A stretch of DNA of 59,397 bases from an uncultured Erysipelotrichaceae bacterium (lineage in GTDB: Bacteria > Bacillota_I > Bacilli_A > Erysipelotrichales > Erysipelotrichaceae): contig CADBMV010000064.1 in NCBI GenBank assembly GCA_902795865.1, positions 1 to 59,397 on the forward strand, written 5' to 3'. Below are positions 57,565 to 59,397 of this stretch, one piece after another; the first letter of the stretch is position 1; every line of letters begins with the position of its first letter. The position numbers were made by a program, and so were the translations under genes. The notes beneath the pieces are model-generated. The model was given only the letters and a program-made list of their open reading frames with translations. It was not told the origin of the DNA and ran no database searches.

Positions 57565-58665
57565 TTAACCTTCAAATTTATTTAGTTTATCTATTACATA
57601 ATCTAATTCTTCATCTGACATACCATTATACATAGGTAAACTTAATACCTCTTTAGCATATCTTTCAGCTATAGGAAAATCACCTTCTTTATAACCTAAG
57701 TATGCATATGCTTTTTGTAAGTGTGGTGGTATAGGATAATGAATAATTGTACCTACTTCATAACTATTTAAATATTCAATTAATTCATCTCTTTTCTCAC
57801 TGTGTATTACAAATTGATGATAAACATTATTGGAACCAGGTCTAGTTAATAAAGGTTTAATTAAATCATTATTAATACCACTTAAATATCTATTAGCTAT
57901 TCTATTTCTTTCTTCATTTAATTCATCTAAATGTTTTAATTTAACTCTTAATAAACCAGCTTGCAGTTCATCTAATCTAGAATTCATACCAATAATGTCA
58001 TTTTCATAATGAATTCTTTTAGAACCATAGTTTCTTATAACTTTTGCTTCATTATAATAATCTTCATTATTTGTAGTGATAGCTCCACCATCACCAAAGC
58101 CGCCTAAATTCTTAGTAGGATAAAATGACCAACAGCCAATGTCGCCAATTGATCCTACTTTTTTATTCTTCCACATTGTTCCATGTGCTTGAGCACAATC
58201 TTCTATAACTTTAAGATTATATTTTTTAGCTAAATCCATAATCTTATCCATATCACAAGATTGGCCATATAAATGTACAGCTAGAATAGCTTTAGTCTTA
58301 TCAGTTATTTTTTCTTCAATCTTATTAGCATCTAAATTATCATATTCATCAGGTTCTACTAGTATTGGAGTTCCATTATTCAATGTAACACCCATAACAC
58401 ATGCTATATAAGAGTTTGAACAAACTATTACTTCATCATTTTCCTTAATTCCAACCATTCTAAAAGCAATAGTTAAAGCATCCATTCCTGAAGCTACACC
58501 TACACAATATTTACTATCAGTATACAAAGCAAATTCTTTTTCAAATTCACTTACTTCATTACCCAATATATACCAACCACTATTTAAAACTTCTACAGCT
58601 TTATTATTGTATTCTTCTTTAAATAAATCGTGTTGTAACTTTAAATTATTTTGAAGTATTTTCAT
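57565..58665 (-). CDS. DegT/DnrJ/EryC1/StrS family PLP-dependent sugar aminotransferase
   Basis: 366 aa with SGWYILGNEVSEFEKEFA, SFYPTKNLGGFGDGG (PLP Lys) and NSRLDELQAGLLRVKL. Confidence 0.92.
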   Translation of the reverse strand: MKILQNNLKLQHDLFKEEYNNKAVEVLNSGWYILGNEVSEFEKEFALYTDSKYCVGVASGMDALTIAFRMVGIKENDEVIVCSNSYIACVMGVTLNNGTPILVEPDEYDNLDANKIEEKITDKTKAILAVHLYGQSCDMDKIMDLAKKYNLKVIEDCAQAHGTMWKNKKVGSIGDIGCWSFYPTKNLGGFGDGGAITTNNEDYYNEAKVIRNYGSKRIHYENDIIGMNSRLDELQAGLLRVKLKHLDELNEERNRIANRYLSGINNDLIKPLLTRPGSNNVYHQFVIHSEKRDELIEYLNSYEVGTIIHYPIPPHLQKAYAYLGYKEGDFPIAERYAKEVLSLPMYNGMSDEELDYVIDKLNKFEG

Positions 58666-59397
58666 CTTTATCTACTACCTCTTCAATCACATATAAAGGA
58701 CGCTTTCTAGTCTCATCTAGATTTCTCCACATATATTCACCAAGAATTCCCATCATAAGCATCATAATTCCTGAAACCATTAATATTAATACTGCTAGAG
58801 ATGTCCAACCTTCCATAACATTTCTAGTTAATTTATCAATTACAAAATAAACAGCTAGGCATGCACCTAATATACTAAAAATTAATCCTATAGAAATAAT
58901 AAATCTAATTAATGTATGAGAGAACACTACAAAAGTATCTATAAATAAATTGACTCTCTTACCAAAAGTCCACATTGACTTTCCTTTTTCTCTATCTCTT
59001 CTTGTATACTCTATAGTTTCAGGTTTATATCCTAACCAAATTAACTGTAAATATATAGAACTATTCTTTTCTTGCATATTTACTAATTGCTTAGAAACCT
59101 TTTTATCAATTAAAAAGAAATCAAAGCCTCTTTTAGGATAATCTTTAATAACCCATTTTCTAACTAATTTATAATATGTATCCGCAAAGAAATTCTTTAA
59201 AAAAGATTCTTGTCTATCTTTTCTAACAGCTAAATTAACTAAAGAACCATTTTCCCATAATTTAATTAAATCAGGAATTAATTCAGGAGGATCTTGTAGG
59301 TCTGCACTAATTACTGCAATAGCTTCACCTGTTGCAACACTTAGTCCTGCAACTATAGCTCTAAATTCACCAAAGTTCCTACTTAATTTAACAATTC
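58646..59397 (-). CDS. GT2 polyprenyl-phosphate glycosyltransferase (ArnC/GtrB-like); N-terminus outside the window
   Basis: The track lists only 58646..59077, from an internal Met. My own translation shows the frame stays open to the window edge: IVKLSRNFGEFRAIVAGLSVATGEAIAVISADLQDPPELIPDL...VNMQEKNSS. Two C-terminal TM helices. It is a paralog of 30559..31494. Confidence 0.88.
   Translation of the reverse strand, partial: IVKLSRNFGEFRAIVAGLSVATGEAIAVISADLQDPPELIPDLIKLWENGSLVNLAVRKDRQESFLKNFFADTYYKLVRKWVIKDYPKRGFDFFLIDKKVSKQLVNMQEKNSSIYLQLIWLGYKPETIEYTRRDREKGKSMWTFGKRVNLFIDTFVVFSHTLIRFIISIGLIFSILGACLAVYFVIDKLTRNVMEGWTSLAVLILMVSGIMMLMMGILGEYMWRNLDETRKRPLYVIEEVVDKDENTSK

Noticed and set aside
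58646-59077. The 143-aa ORF at the window end looks like a truncated GT2, raising the possibility of a pseudogene.
   Set aside because: Translating the minus strand upstream of the listed Met shows the same frame open all the way to position 59397, with intact GT2 motifs (RNFGEF, ADLQDPPEL). The truncation is an artefact of the window edge.
1-59397. A scan for CRISPR repeats, rRNA/tRNA genes, riboswitch-like GC-rich structured leaders, IS elements and long direct repeats.
   Set aside because: By eye I found no regularly spaced repeats, no GC-rich structured segments and no transposase-like ORFs. Intergenic regions are short (mostly under 100 bp) and AT-rich. A computational scan (tRNAscan, Infernal, a repeat finder) would be needed to be certain.

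Overview
Very AT-rich (by eye about a quarter G+C, not computed) 59.4-kb cell-envelope glycan super-locus. It holds about 50 tightly packed genes, nearly all on the minus strand, with many overlapping stop/start junctions. I saw no rRNA, tRNA, CRISPR array, transposase or integrase. The architecture is rhamnose genes, a Wzm/Wzt-type ABC exporter, an LtaS-family transferase and a GT2/small-membrane-protein/GT-C side-chain module. This most resembles Gram-positive (Bacillota) rhamnose cell-wall polysaccharide loci such as streptococcal rgp/gac, but the taxon cannot be established from this window. Five nucleotide-sugar pathways are encoded. (1) dTDP-L-rhamnose: rfbB (partial), rfbC, rfbA. (2) GDP-L-fucose: phospho-sugar mutase, manC, gmd, fcl. 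(3) GDP-D-glycero-D-manno-heptose: gmhA, a GHMP heptose kinase, an HddC-GmhB fusion and an extra SDR. (4) CMP-Kdo: kdsD, kdsA, kdsB and a YhcH-KdsC fusion. (5) A dTDP-3-amino-3,6-dideoxyhexose branch: FdtA-like isomerase and DegT aminotransferase. The window also encodes about 12 Leloir-type glycosyltransferases and about 8 polytopic GT-C-like membrane proteins. In addition there are three polyprenyl-phosphate GT2s, three acyltransferase_3 proteins, a Wzx flippase, an AraC regulator and a lone AAA/DUF4143 ATPase. The observations most worth follow-up are listed here. (a) A CofD-family transferase fused to a HAD phosphatase and paired with a MobA-like nucleotidyltransferase inside the Wzx/Kdo operon. 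(b) A YhcH(NanQ-family)-KdsC fusion heading a complete CMP-Kdo pathway. (c) A GT52-like sialyltransferase-motif enzyme with no sialic acid pathway nearby. (d) A membrane-anchored ectodomain present three times: free-standing, fused to the ABC permease, and fused to a GT-C. (e) An ArnC/ArnT-style lipid-linked route for a 3-amino sugar. (f) Recurrent -10 boxes placed 4-9 nt from start codons that lack Shine-Dalgarno sequences. All functional calls rest on motif recognition by eye and need HMM or structure searches.
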